Assembly (NCBI GenBank): GCA_977017575.1
Contig: CDRNVI010000059.1
Coordinates: 1 to 64,000 of the forward strand
Origin: Paramoeba atlantica
Lineage: Eukaryota; Protista; Discosea
Direction: 5' to 3'
Length of the DNA stretch: 64,000 nucleotides
The position numbers and the translations under genes were made by a program. The notes under the pieces are model-generated. The model was not told the DNA's origin. It did no database searches and saw nothing but the letters and a program-made list of their open reading frames with translations. This document shows, piece after piece, positions 31,990-43,039 of this stretch. Position 1 is the stretch's first letter. Each line of letters begins with the position of its first letter.

Positions 31990-32252
31990 GCATATCACTC
32001 AATGGTACGAGTAAGATTGTCCTGCTTCAAGGGATCACGAATACTGAACTGTTCGTTGATTTTTCATACGCTAATAATGAAGAATAATGCCACACAATGC
32101 CCTCAAAATGAGTGGATTACATGGGGATCTGAATTCGCCAGAGATGAACGGGGGAGGAGAGTTCGCGTCGCAATTTGACGAAGATCTTCTCTGTTAATGA
32201 GATTTACACGATTTTAGAATGTACAGCCCATTAGGCGCACCTCGGAGGGTCA

Positions 32253-32349
32253 AAGTATAGGAATATTGCATAAGTATAGGAATATTGCATAAGTATAGGA
32301 ATATTGCATAAGTATAGGAATATTGCATAAGTATAGGAATATTGCATAA
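32253..32349. repeat. 19-bp array (AAGTATAGGAATATTGCAT)n; same unit at about 32900, 34124-34176, 37518-37731, 40113-40157
   Basis: Direct reading. Confidence 0.95.
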
Positions 32350-32932
32350 CTCTATTTTTGACCCCCCACCCCTTAATATGAGTTTGTTGATTTCGGTAGA
32401 CAATTATAACCCGTGTATAGATCTGCGATTACACTGTCGGGAAACCACCTATTTTTTGTAATTTGAAACAAATTTTTACAAAGTCAAGGGTGGTATATTT
32501 CTCGAAAATATACGATTTTTTTTATTTGTTACGTGCCTCATAGACTTGTATCCCCGGGAAAATGGAATACCGAACATATGGGCACTATAACGTACCCCAA
32601 TCTGTCACTTTGAACTACTTTTACTTCAAATGAAGACTTCACATATAAGGGGTGACCCTTCTAAAATGCCCTAAAATGGCCACTTTTCGTGGATTTTGCT
32701 TAAAAAAGCTCATTTCCACCTGTTTTTGGCTACTTTGGCGGGGTCACCCCCTATATGCAACTTTTCCATTTTTAGAAAATGTGATGTGCGTATATACTTT
32801 GGAGTCTCATCTACAAGGAAAAGGATTTGTAAGATCCAATACAGGTGGGATCTTGCCAGGAGAAATTTTTCAAAAGTTAAAAAAAAATTAGAGGGGCTCT
32901 GCAATATTCCTATAAAGATAAGATAAAGATAT

Positions 32933-33320
32933 CCCGTTTGGCCGACTAGGGCTATGGGATCGTAGCAGGAATCTCCGTTACAGAGAAACCTCTACGTCGG
33001 TCTGAGTCTCTTTTTAAGTGGGGCTGAGCAACCTCTCCGTTTCCGGAAGAGTACGGGCGTCCGAATCTCACCACCGAAAACTCATCAAGGGACGTAGAGT
33101 GAGGACGCACTCATTCACCAGCGATCCCAAAGGGACGACCAGTGCCCTGAACGGGTTACCACTTTTGAGAGCAGTTACGATAAAGTAAAGTGTAGAAGCA
33201 CTTCATACAAGTACGAGGGCAAACTTACCAACGAAGTTTGCTCTTTACTTCGATCAGATATAAACTATACTATTCGGTATATACTATTCTCTGACAGTCA
33301 CTGAAGGTCAGGATGACTAT
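32933..33320. ncRNA. Candidate structured RNA of unknown class
   Basis: Nested helices CCCGTT/AACGGG, AGGGC/GCCCT, TGGGATCG/CGATCCCA, CTCTACGTC/GACGTAGAG, plus hairpins GAGGGCAAACTT/AAGTTTGCTCTT and AGTCACTGA/TCAGGATGACT. Confidence 0.4.
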
Positions 33321-34271
33321 AAATAGGACGAAGTGAAGTGGGGGGCGAAGCACTGGAGTTCAAACTTACTGTACAAAGGTGTTACACAAAAAAGTAAATG
33401 GAACTTTTGGTTGCGTGAAACCATCTTTAATAATGCCTTCAGACACTTGAATTAAAGAATTTACTCAACTTTTGCTGTTTCGGATCTTCGGACGCGGCGC
33501 CGGTTTTTGGATAGCGAGAAGACATGTTTTTATGAATTTGAAATTTCCGCTTCAGAATATTTCGCCCAACATCATTCCCTTTTTTGATTTAATATTTTCC
33601 TGAACTTTTGTGGCGTAAAAATATTTCTACATGATAATTTAGAATTGCAAAATCAATGCCTAAGTAAATTCAGTGATAGTTCGTATATAGATTTATATTG
33701 TATGCAACCTAAATGCTAAATATTTCTAAAACGATATACATTAAGTAAGTTCATAAAATATCCGGCTAATTTCCACTATAATTTTTCATCACCTGCCCAA
33801 CTTACGAATGGGAAATTTCTCGTCTACAGTTCGTTCTCCAGTCGCAAAGGAGGAAGAAAGAGGAAATCTTAGAAGATCAAAGATAAATATCTTTATTTAT
33901 CTAAGCTAAATCGGAAAGAAGGAAATCCTAGAAGATCTTCGTGGAGCCCAGAGTATCGCGTCATCCTCGTGTGCCCACACGCTTCGGGAGAGATCAAAAC
34001 GGGTAATTTTCGCTATATTTTGATTATTCAAAGGAGGACCGATGCATTTTGCCTGCCCATTGCGATGGCCGTGGTCTCGTTTATCCCTGAGTATCGTAGT
34101 AGAGTACTGAGATGCTTGTGGTGCAATATTCCTATACTTATGCAATATTCCTATACTTATGCAATATTCCTATACTTCGGAACAGCACATTCACATGCAT
34201 AAAGTTTTAGGCACCGATTTCAACCCAACTTTTGCCAAAAGTTGGTGATGGGTGCTATGGAAGCTCACCTT

Positions 34272-34462
34272 TGCTCCCGGTGAGGCCCCGGAGTTGCGAG
34301 AGGCCTCCATACCCCACAACTACCACCTTCCCCCCCTATTTAGCGGGGGTCGCGCGAGCGACCCCTGATAAATGGGGGGAAGGTGGTAGTTGTTTTGGGG
34401 AATATGAGAGGCCGAACGCACGGAGGGGCCGGCCGGGCCACTGAGTCACGTGAAAGTGTGAC
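34272..34462 (+). repeat. Left 191-bp inverted repeat with internal palindrome
   Basis: Near-exact reverse complement of 36185-36375. Confidence 0.95.
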
Positions 34463-35011
34463 ACCCAAAAACTAAACCTAGATCTTGTTTGCACAACAGA
34501 ACCGTAAATGGCACGTAAAGATAGTTGGCCGGGGATTGTGGTTTGGCCGCAGGATTGTGTATTTATTTTCCTATGCATTATCACGTTCTTTACCTTTTTG
34601 GGGGCAAATTGTGAACGTCGACCAGAAAAGAGGCATTCTAAACACTGTCAACATGGGTAACGAACTTGAAGGTATACAGGATACGGAATGAAATAACCTG
34701 TACTTTCTGCGGGAAGAAATTTCCTTCTGCGTGAAGAAATAACGACGGTACACATGGACACAAAAAATAACGAGCCTTACTCCGAGTCACTACTTTCGTC
34801 TTCTTCGTCGCGGTAGAAACTAACAGCTTTGCAGAATGTACGAATATCTTGGAAGATGCGACGTACACGGGAACCTCCGTTGACAGAGAGTGTCGCGTTA
34901 GCAATTTCTGCGAAAAACTTCATTCGGTGAGCGCGAGATATTTCATCGTTGCCAAGACGGCCCCCACGAGCTTTGAGTTCCTTTTTGAGGAGGCCATTGG
35001 CATAGCACACA

Positions 35012-35893
35012 ATGTCAAAGCGCTTGGTCCGCCACCGGAAAGTAGACGGCGAAGTAATTGGACTAGTGACCAGCCTTCTGGAACGGCGATACAGCCCGCA
35101 ACAGATTAGTGTCACTCTGAATAAGGAGCATGGTATCAGTACATCTCGGAAGGCGATTTATAATTTTATAAAACGAGATGAAGGCTACGGGGGAAACTTG
35201 GGACGTTTTCTCCGCCGTGGCGGCTCACGCCGATGTCGGCGTCGCCGTGGCTCGAATCGATTTCGTATTCAAAATCGTGTAGATATTTCTGAACGCCCTG
35301 AGATAATAAACAACAGAGAGAGATATGGAGATTGGGAAGCTGATCTCATCGAAGGCGCCAAACACAGCGGATATCTTTTAAGCCTGATCGAGCGGAAGAG
35401 TAGATTTGGAATACTGCGTAAACTTGAGAACAAAAAGTCAGATCATGTGGCTGACATGATCGTTGAAGCTCTCAAAGGCTACCGTGTGCAAAGCATTACA
35501 TACGACAATGGTACGGAATTCGCAAAGCACGAGATAATCAACCAGGCGTATGACTGCATTTCCTTTTTCTGCAAGCCGTACGCGAGCTGGGAGAAGGGGG
35601 GCGTTGAAAATTTTAATGGCCTAGTGCGCGACTATTATCCTAAAAAGCTCCCGTTTCTTGCCCAGTCGCAGGAAGAGGTGCGCCGCGTTGCATTGGAAAT
35701 AAATGAGCGTCCAAAAGAAGTTCTTGGGAACGCTTCCCCACTGAGCCTCCACAAAGAGATTTTAAAGTGTCGCCCTCCGCTCTTGTATGACTCTCCCGAC
35801 TCTGAGAATTCTCATGAAGCAGTTTCATCTGCTGGTGAAGAAGCGATTGTTAGCACCTTGGAAATCGTGCGCAATCTTGATACAATGGAGTAA
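35012..35893 (+). mobile_element. IS30-family transposase (bacterial type), lacking the N-terminal HTH
   Basis: SPQQI, AIYNFI, ISERP...RERYGDWEADLIEG, IERKSR, ITYDNGTEFA, PYASWEKGGVENFNGLVR, NERPKEVL; DD33E intact. Confidence 0.93.
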
Positions 35894-36184
35894 AGCTTTT
35901 GTGCGAAATATTATATAAAACTCGATTGTTTATTCATTTGTGCTTTCCTTATGAAATTTCCCAAAAGAGATCCTTTGGGCGTGCAAGTTTGATCTCAATA
36001 ATTAGTATCAAAAAATTCATACTTTTTCAATTGGGCTTCTTTTTCGCGTCCACAGCTCCGGTTTTTTCTCTCTTTATGATATCTAGACCTTGTCGTATCT
36101 GGGATTTCTGTGGTTTGTCTCGGTGTCGTCCAATACAACTGATCATCACCTAGGGCTTCGCAAATTGCTTCCCACGAACTCAGC

Positions 36185-36375
36185 GTCACACTTTGACGTG
36201 ACTCATTGGCCCGGCCGGCCCCTCCGTGCGTTCGGCCTCTCATATTCCCCAAAACAACTACCACCTTCCCCCCATTTATCAGGGGTCGCTCGCGCGACCC
36301 CCGCTAAATAGGGGGGGAAGGTGGTAGTTGTGGGGTATGGAGGCCTCTCGCAACTCCGGGGCCTCACCGGGAGCA
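36185..36375 (-). repeat. Right 191-bp inverted repeat
   Basis: Reverse complement of 34272-34462. Confidence 0.95.
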
Positions 36376-36532
36376 CAATTGAGGTTACCTATTTTTTATG
36401 TTAACTGTGTAGCAAAATTGTAAATTTTTGGAAGGGGTTGAAATTTTTTTTAGGGGTCGATTTTTTTTTAGGGGTTGAAATCTTTTTTAGGCCTTGAAAT
36501 TTTTTTTAAGGGGTCGCCTTTTTTTTAATCGG

Positions 36533-36665
36533 TTTATGACAGATAAGGGTGCGGCTTATATGACAGATAAGGGTGCATTATGACAGATAAGGGTGCTGTA
36601 TGACAGATAAGGGTGCCGCGTTTATGACAGATAAGGGTGCCGCGTTTATGACAGATAAGGGTGCG
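36533..36665. repeat. Tandem array of ATGACAGATAAGGGTGC (19-23-bp units) at the truncated Merlin 3' end
   Basis: About 6 units by direct reading. Confidence 0.9.
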
Positions 36666-37523
36666 AGTGGGATGTTCCACGGTATTAGTGTGGATGCCGG
36701 AGACTGTTACCCAATGTTTTCGATGGTTTACGGCCCCATGGCGCCATTCCCGATTTAGACACTTGCTGGCACCAGCGCAGTCCGTATATATTTGGCAACG
36801 GGAGTTCTTGGCAAGATGGCGCACATGAGCGGTCATAGTGGCAGCATCTGTGCTTTCCAGGTACTTTACAAATATCTCTTTCATGGGATAGTGTATGCGA
36901 CCTTCTTCATCTGGTATCTCATCGCAATGTACCAAAGTATGGTACCAAGAGGAACCATCGCGTCGGACTCTTTTCCCTCGACCGCACCCGATTCGCTTGA
37001 TCCGGGAAACGCACGTTTCGTCCTTTTGCATGAAAAGAACTGTGCCCTGTGAAGCGTCGAAGCGCATGTCGTGCGCAGTGCTAATAATGTATTCGAAGAA
37101 TTGAAACAATTTAACAATTGTAAGCTTGCCAAGAGTGCATTCGCGGGAAACTTGTTGAAGGGACATACCCTCGATGAGACCGTACAACACGATGAGTGTG
37201 TCCTTAATACTTCGTTTGCTTTTTAAATTGAATAAGGGTTCCATCGCACTGTAACGTGCTCTACACTCTGTAGTTTCCACGTAAGGACAATACCAATGGG
37301 AACCATCATGTACACACATGATTTCCTTGGTGTCATGATACTTGACTTTGTGGCACCACACCTGCTGGGCAACAAGTTTGTGATTCTTGAGCCAACGTGA
37401 TAAAAGTTCTTCTGTACTGTCCGCAAAACTGGAGAAAGAGATATTCTTTATACATTCGAACTCCTCACACCCCTCGCAAAACCAATTCACAGTATTTTGT
37501 GACATGATTAGACGGCTATGCAA
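36660..37523 (-). mobile_element. Merlin/IS1595 (ISXO2-like) transposase, open frame, 3'-truncated
   Basis: Cys-rich N-terminus, FMQKDETC, GRGKR...W, IYTD, VNHRKHWVTVSGIHTNTVE. Confidence 0.9.
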
Positions 37524-37731
37524 TATTCCTATACTTACATGTATGCAATGTTCCTATACTTGTGCAATATTCCTATACTTGTGCAATATTCCTATACTTA
37601 TGCAATATTCCTATACTTATGCAATATTCCTATACTTATGCAATATTCCTATACTTATGCAATATTCCTATACTTATGCAATATTCCTATACTTATGCAA
37701 TATTCCTATACTTATGCAATATTCCTATACT
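37518..37731. repeat. 19-bp array TGCAATATTCCTATACTTA, about 11 units
   Basis: Direct reading. Confidence 0.95.
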
Positions 37732-38144
37732 TCCACCCCTCGGAGCCCCAGAACACATACAAAGAACATCCAAAAAGAACGATTGCAAGTCGCGCAACTC
37801 GATTCACAGGTGTTCTGGAGCTCTAAAGTCAGGTCAAATAGGAATGAGCAAGCATACCACAAGGTTACGCCATTCCTTGGTCGACAGCATGCGTAGGCGC
37901 ATATAGACATCAATCAAGGCACAAGAAAGAGTTCCGCTAGTATTCATTTCAAGGTACATACTTCGTTTTTGTGCATCAGTAAATTATGTTTTTCGCCTAA
38001 AAAATCTTACCTCGAAATTGCAAAAAAACACATGTTTTTCTTTACTTGCATACGATCACACTTTTGTTACAAAGCCGATTGAGTCGGAAGCTCTATGGCA
38101 ACATATACCTAGTACCCACGCGTACACTACTCTGATATACTACT

Positions 38145-39431
38145 TCAATGCACACGACACCTGGCCACAGGGAAACACCAACAACAAAAAAGTGTCAAAC
38201 ATGTGAACAGTTTTTTTTGCATACTGTACTGTATCCTAGGCAGCCTCTCTCGTACCCCGAGTTGAATGTTGATGCGATCGGTGGAACCGATGTCTTGAAT
38301 TTTCCCATAAAGCTCAGCTAAATTTCCTATGTTTTCTTCGCATTCAATGCGAGCAACGTGATTCACAGTTGAGCCATCGACTTGTAAAAATCGTAGCTTG
38401 AAGATGCGATCTTCGTGAAGCACTCCGGCCAAATAATTTATGAGAGTATGTGCTGCTTCTTTCCCGTCAAAGGCAGCGTGTTTTCTACCATACATTGGAG
38501 GTAGAAGAATCTGTGCACTCCCAACGTACAACACTTCGATCAGAACATACTCATTCAGTATGCGATCAATTCCCGCATCCAGGGCAATTCCGAAGAAGCC
38601 TTCAGAATCAACCTTCGATCTTATATGGGCCCACAGCTCATCAGCCAACTCTGCTTCCCATTTATGCAATTTTTTTGAGTGGTTCGGAAGCCGTGGCGCA
38701 ATAACATGCGGTGGAAAGTTCAGACGGAAATCTTCATATGCTCGCAGTAACCACATGGCCCTTGAGGCAGACCAATTGGTGGAGGACAGCAAACATGGTA
38801 AAACCTTTCTAGTAAAGATGCTCACAGAATCAATATTTTCTTGATTTATCGATTTTTCAGGCCCTTTACGTTCGACGCCATGTTTGTAGTATACATTGTT
38901 GGAGGGGGAACGCGAGAAGAACAATGTTTACATTGAAAGTGTCTGGTCGAAACCATTCCTGAGGATCTCATCAGTATTGCGCTGAGCATAGGCCTTGCAT
39001 TTTTCATTGCGAGAGCTGTCAGGAGATCCACAACACTGTTTCAGCTTGAAATGTTCAGGCAAAATTCTTTCCGACATTCGATGTCGTGACCTTCGTTCTG
39101 GTGTAGGAATGATGCAATTTGAAATTCTCTGTTCTACGGGGGTTGGTTGCGGAGATCCCATTGCAATACGAAGAGACGTGCGTTCTTCGCTCCGCTCCGA
39201 GACACTCAGACCCGCGGCTGATGAAGTTCCTGTTGTAGACTCATTCTCCTTCGTTGGCTGTGAATTCGTCTGTGTGTCTCCGCGTCTGCTTACGCGAGAT
39301 CGCTTTCCCATAAAGCAAAAAGAGAAATGAAAGTCGGGAAAGAATGTAATCAGATGAAATACTATATTAAATTTGACTAGTTTCGTTTGGTAAGTACATA
39401 TTATTATTATTTTGCTTTGCACCTGTTGCAA
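38145..39431 (-). mobile_element. hAT-like transposase N-terminal remnant, frameshifted
   Basis: FQCKHC...YYKH zinc-finger-like segment and FFGIALDAGID (first catalytic D region), FLQVDGS.VN. Confidence 0.6.
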
Positions 39432-40539
39432 AACGGGTTACCAAAAAAGTGTGCAAGTGGCTAACTTACACGTGTACGTACACACTTACACGCGGACGGT
39501 ATGTTCGTAGATAACGGTGTGCACCTTGAGACAAGAAGCGGAAACAGACGTGGAACGAGACAGTGATGCAGGATTTTGACTGAGCAGTTTCTTGGGACCA
39601 GCCGGTAATAAGAGATGACAAATCTTCGCTGGTGTCACTTTAGTCGGTGCTATAACCGGACGAGCAAGAAACTTCATCGTCCGGATCCCAAGCGGAATCA
39701 TCACCCTCTGATCCCGTGGTGATGTCTGAAGTAGCGAATAAGCAAGAATGTTCGGATGATCCCCTAGCCGAGAAATCGGACTCACTATCCAGCTTAAAGC
39801 TAATACTCATGGAGGTGTAATGTTGGCTAAAAAGAAAAGGAAATCTATAAAAAATGTGATCAAGTAGCAAAGCAGAGCTAAATTATGTATTATTAACGGA
39901 CTAAGCACGTGATGCGTAAACCAAAAACTTTGCGTAATTTTGCACTACATCTTACAAGAATACGAGAAACATAGAAAAAACTGCATCTGAAAAACTCATT
40001 TTATACTTCCTAAAAGTTTGTTGCAAGGATTCGAAACGGGACTAAAATCTAATACAAGTGGGATCTTGCCAGGAGAAATGTTTCAAAAGTTAAAAAAACT
40101 TTAGAGGGACTCTGCAATATTCCTATACTTATGCAATATTCCTATACCTTATGCAATACAGGGGGGAAATTAAGTTACTGTACCCCCCCGTTTATAATAG
40201 CCTCGCTTTTGCTCAAATAAACCTATAAAGGGGGGGGGGCGATTAAAAGTTGGCACAGAAATCACCCTACATCTGGGAGCGAGGAACCTATAATTTTCCA
40301 ATCGCTAAATGGGCCTCGCCGCTCTGCCAAAGTAAAATGACCAACCCCGTGCCACACCTCGAAGAACCATGTGAAAATGGATATCAAAATATTTAAGACG
40401 GCGCAAGAAAATTAAAAATAATGTTGCTCGGTTTGCCAAAAAAACCTATAAAGGGGGGGAGGGGTCGAGGCTATTAGGGGGAGGGGTCGAGGCTATAAAC
40501 AGGTGGGGTAAAGTATGTCAACAAAAGTCGTGTTAATTT

Positions 40540-40941
40540 CAGGGGTCTGAAAATCTACAAAATCTATAATTATAGTACTATATAGTATTATAATTTTTCA
40601 AATACTACATATAAAAATCTATAATTTTTTGAAGGATTTTCGGCGGGTTTGGATGATTTTTTCCCTCAAAAGAGAGTCCTTGTAACTTTTTTTCTTCCTT
40701 TGGCGGAAGAAGCACAATTAAAAAAATTGAAAAATATGTTTTCTGCCGCGAAACATAAGAAACTTGACTAGGCCTGCCATAAACTCACTTTGTACTTGGT
40801 GCCATTCGTGCTAAAAGAGAGCATCAAAACGTTTTCCTGTTATAGATTTTTATAGATTTATAATACTATATAGTACTATATAGTACTTTAATTTTTTTTT
40901 AAATACTATAAATATACATATAATATATTTTGAGACCCCTG
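40540..40941. mobile_element. hAT-type MITE with an 8-bp target-site duplication
   Basis: TIR CAGGGGTCT.AAAA; TSD GTTAATTT at 40532-40539 and 40942-40949; subterminal TATAGTACTATA motifs. Confidence 0.9.
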
Positions 40942-41028
40942 GTTAATTTACGGAATTAACATGCTCTCCAGCGCGTAAAAATATATTTTTAGTCGGTGTT
41001 ATAATATTGCAACGAGTAAACGCAGTTA

Positions 41029-41523
41029 TTACGGCGCATGTTGCAGTCTTGACAGGTCTAGTTGAGAAAATTCAGAGCACAGTAGAACGGCATCATCTTC
41101 GTCTGCATTTATTTCTTTCATCAGCAAAAAATATATGTGTTTGCAACGATTTCCTCGATGGCCGTCCAGGCAGGAGCATCGCGCTCCATCCTTTACAACA
41201 TAAATTGTATAAGTTCGTTCGGTGTCGCCTTCGGCTTGATACCTACCTGTATATTCCCCCATTTCGGTTTTGCCATATCATCTTTTGAGTTTAATGCGTT
41301 CGTGCATGGCACGGCCAAGTCTTGTACAGGGCGCCCCTTCATCACTGTCGTTGCGGTGTTGATACACTATGAAGCTCCCTCTCAGAGCCTTCACGGTCAT
41401 ATTGAGTCGGCACTCAGCCACCAGCTCATCATCACCCATAAATAGAGAGTTGAGAGTTCGCCCAGCACTAATTATTTTCCCTCTCGCTCCGACTTCGAAA
41501 ACGAGTAGGAAAGTGCGGGACAA
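41029..41523 (-). pseudogene. RLE C-terminus fused in frame (one TGA) to a SWIM zinc finger
   Basis: TFLLVFEVGARGK...ALRGSFIVYQHR...RLGRAMHERIKLKR*YGKTE...YTIYV...CSCLD...RCKHIYFLL. Confidence 0.7.
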
Positions 41524-41539
41524 GAACGGAATTCCGTTG

Positions 41540-42299
41540 GGGTGAAGGCGTGACCGGTACCTCTGGACGAACGCGTAGCTACTAGCCTCTTTCCGGCTCT
41601 AGGACAGCCAGCGTGCGCGTGTCCTAGCGTCGGCGCTTTCATAGGCTCGCGAAAATTCCGCCACCGAAATCGCGTAACTTACAGTTACTGTATGTCCCTC
41701 TGATGGGGAACCCTCTTTAACGCCCAGTCCGGCAGCTCCTCGTCGACGCAATTCCCCGTTGCGTACAATCGGTGTGATGTAGGGGGAAATATGCCCAATA
41801 TATGCTGCAATATGGATTTCATCAATGCCCAAGGGAATAACTCCGGGAAGTGTCCGCCTACGAGCTTTAGGAACGTTGTTCTGCTAGCGTTGCTGAAGGC
41901 ATTGATGAAATCCACTTTGCAAAGGACGAAGTCGGGGTTATCGGTGTGGATGGCCATGGCGTGTCGGCAAGTGTGAATTATTCGTTCTGATCGGACTGGT
42001 AGCCCTCCGAACTGTAGCTCTCCGGATATTGCGCTTGTCTTGGTTTTAACTACGTTGCACGCGGTTTTGCTCACCAATCGACGAACAGTCTCCCCCGCAC
42101 CAGTAGGTCGGACGTCGTTTTCACCCTTTTCTAAGGCGCAAAGCCTAGCTCCGGCGAAATACGGTTGAACCTCTGGAGGAGCTTTGCCGGCGAGCAAGTG
42201 ATTCACGAGGTTTGTAATGGCCTTGATAGATTCCGTGCTGTTGTCTACGTGCGCTAAACGTGCGGCTTGGAGTTGTTCTGGTCGCAGGCCCATGGGCAT
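41540..42299 (-). mobile_element. CRE-clade retrotransposon RT fragment with internal deletions
   Basis: LVNHLLAG..P...GARLCALEKG..DVRP...GETVRRLVSK, KVDFINAF; ADARTRARWLS. Confidence 0.85.
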
Positions 42300-43039
42300 T
42301 TGTTTTGCTTTTTAATTGAAGGGAGTAGTACTGAGTCTAATGTTCGTACCTACTTTTACAACTTTCCCACACTCTCCACACCTACAACCCTTCACCCTAC
42401 TTCATTCCTTCCTTCCCCTATTTCCTTCCCCTCACCACACTCCCTTCCCTTCCCCCACTTACACCCCTTACTCCCTACCCCACAAACCGACTCATCCACA
42501 CGGGGACCGATGTGGTCCAGGACCTCCGCTCCCACCCCGTTCGCAGTGTTCGTAAATACTTCGGGATGGGAGACGTGGAGGCGACGAAACGAAAGAGGGA
42601 CATGGCGGGACGGACGCGGGGACAAGGGGAAACGACGCAGCTCATCGGTCTGGGCCTCTGCCCCCACCCCGCGAGCCAGTAGAGTATACTTTGGGTTGCT
42701 GGCACGGGGGTGGGGGACGCAAGAGAGGAAAACAACAGAACGACAGGCGCGCTGAGAAGGAAGGACGAGGTGGGGGGATATGACGCAGGGGGGTGATGGG
42801 GCGAGACGCAGGGGGGTGCGAACAAGAGAGAGTGTATTTACGGGGGGTGCCCTCCTATGGTGGAGAAGATGGTGTATGGCAGAAAAGGAAAATAATTCAT
42901 TATTTCTTTATTTCTTTGGGGGAGTCGGGTTGTTCTATTCCAAGAGATATCATAAAATGAGCAATTCGCCAACCCAAAACTAGCCATAGAGTTTATCTCC
43001 TCTAAAGCCGAAACAAGAAACAATAAATTAGCAATAAAA

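Noticed and set aside
33050-33100. Hammerhead ribozyme (TTGATGAG...GAAAC on minus)
   Set aside because: The core is not CTGATGA, and stems I-III cannot be arranged.
36425-36530. TTTTAGGGG-like telomeric repeats (also TTAGGA at about 46310)
   Set aside because: Irregular roughly 19-bp units or only two copies, not a TTAGGG array.
37518-37896. ORFs with repeated LCNIPILMQYSYTYAIFLY
   Set aside because: Translation artefacts of the 19-bp tandem array (3 units = 57 bp).
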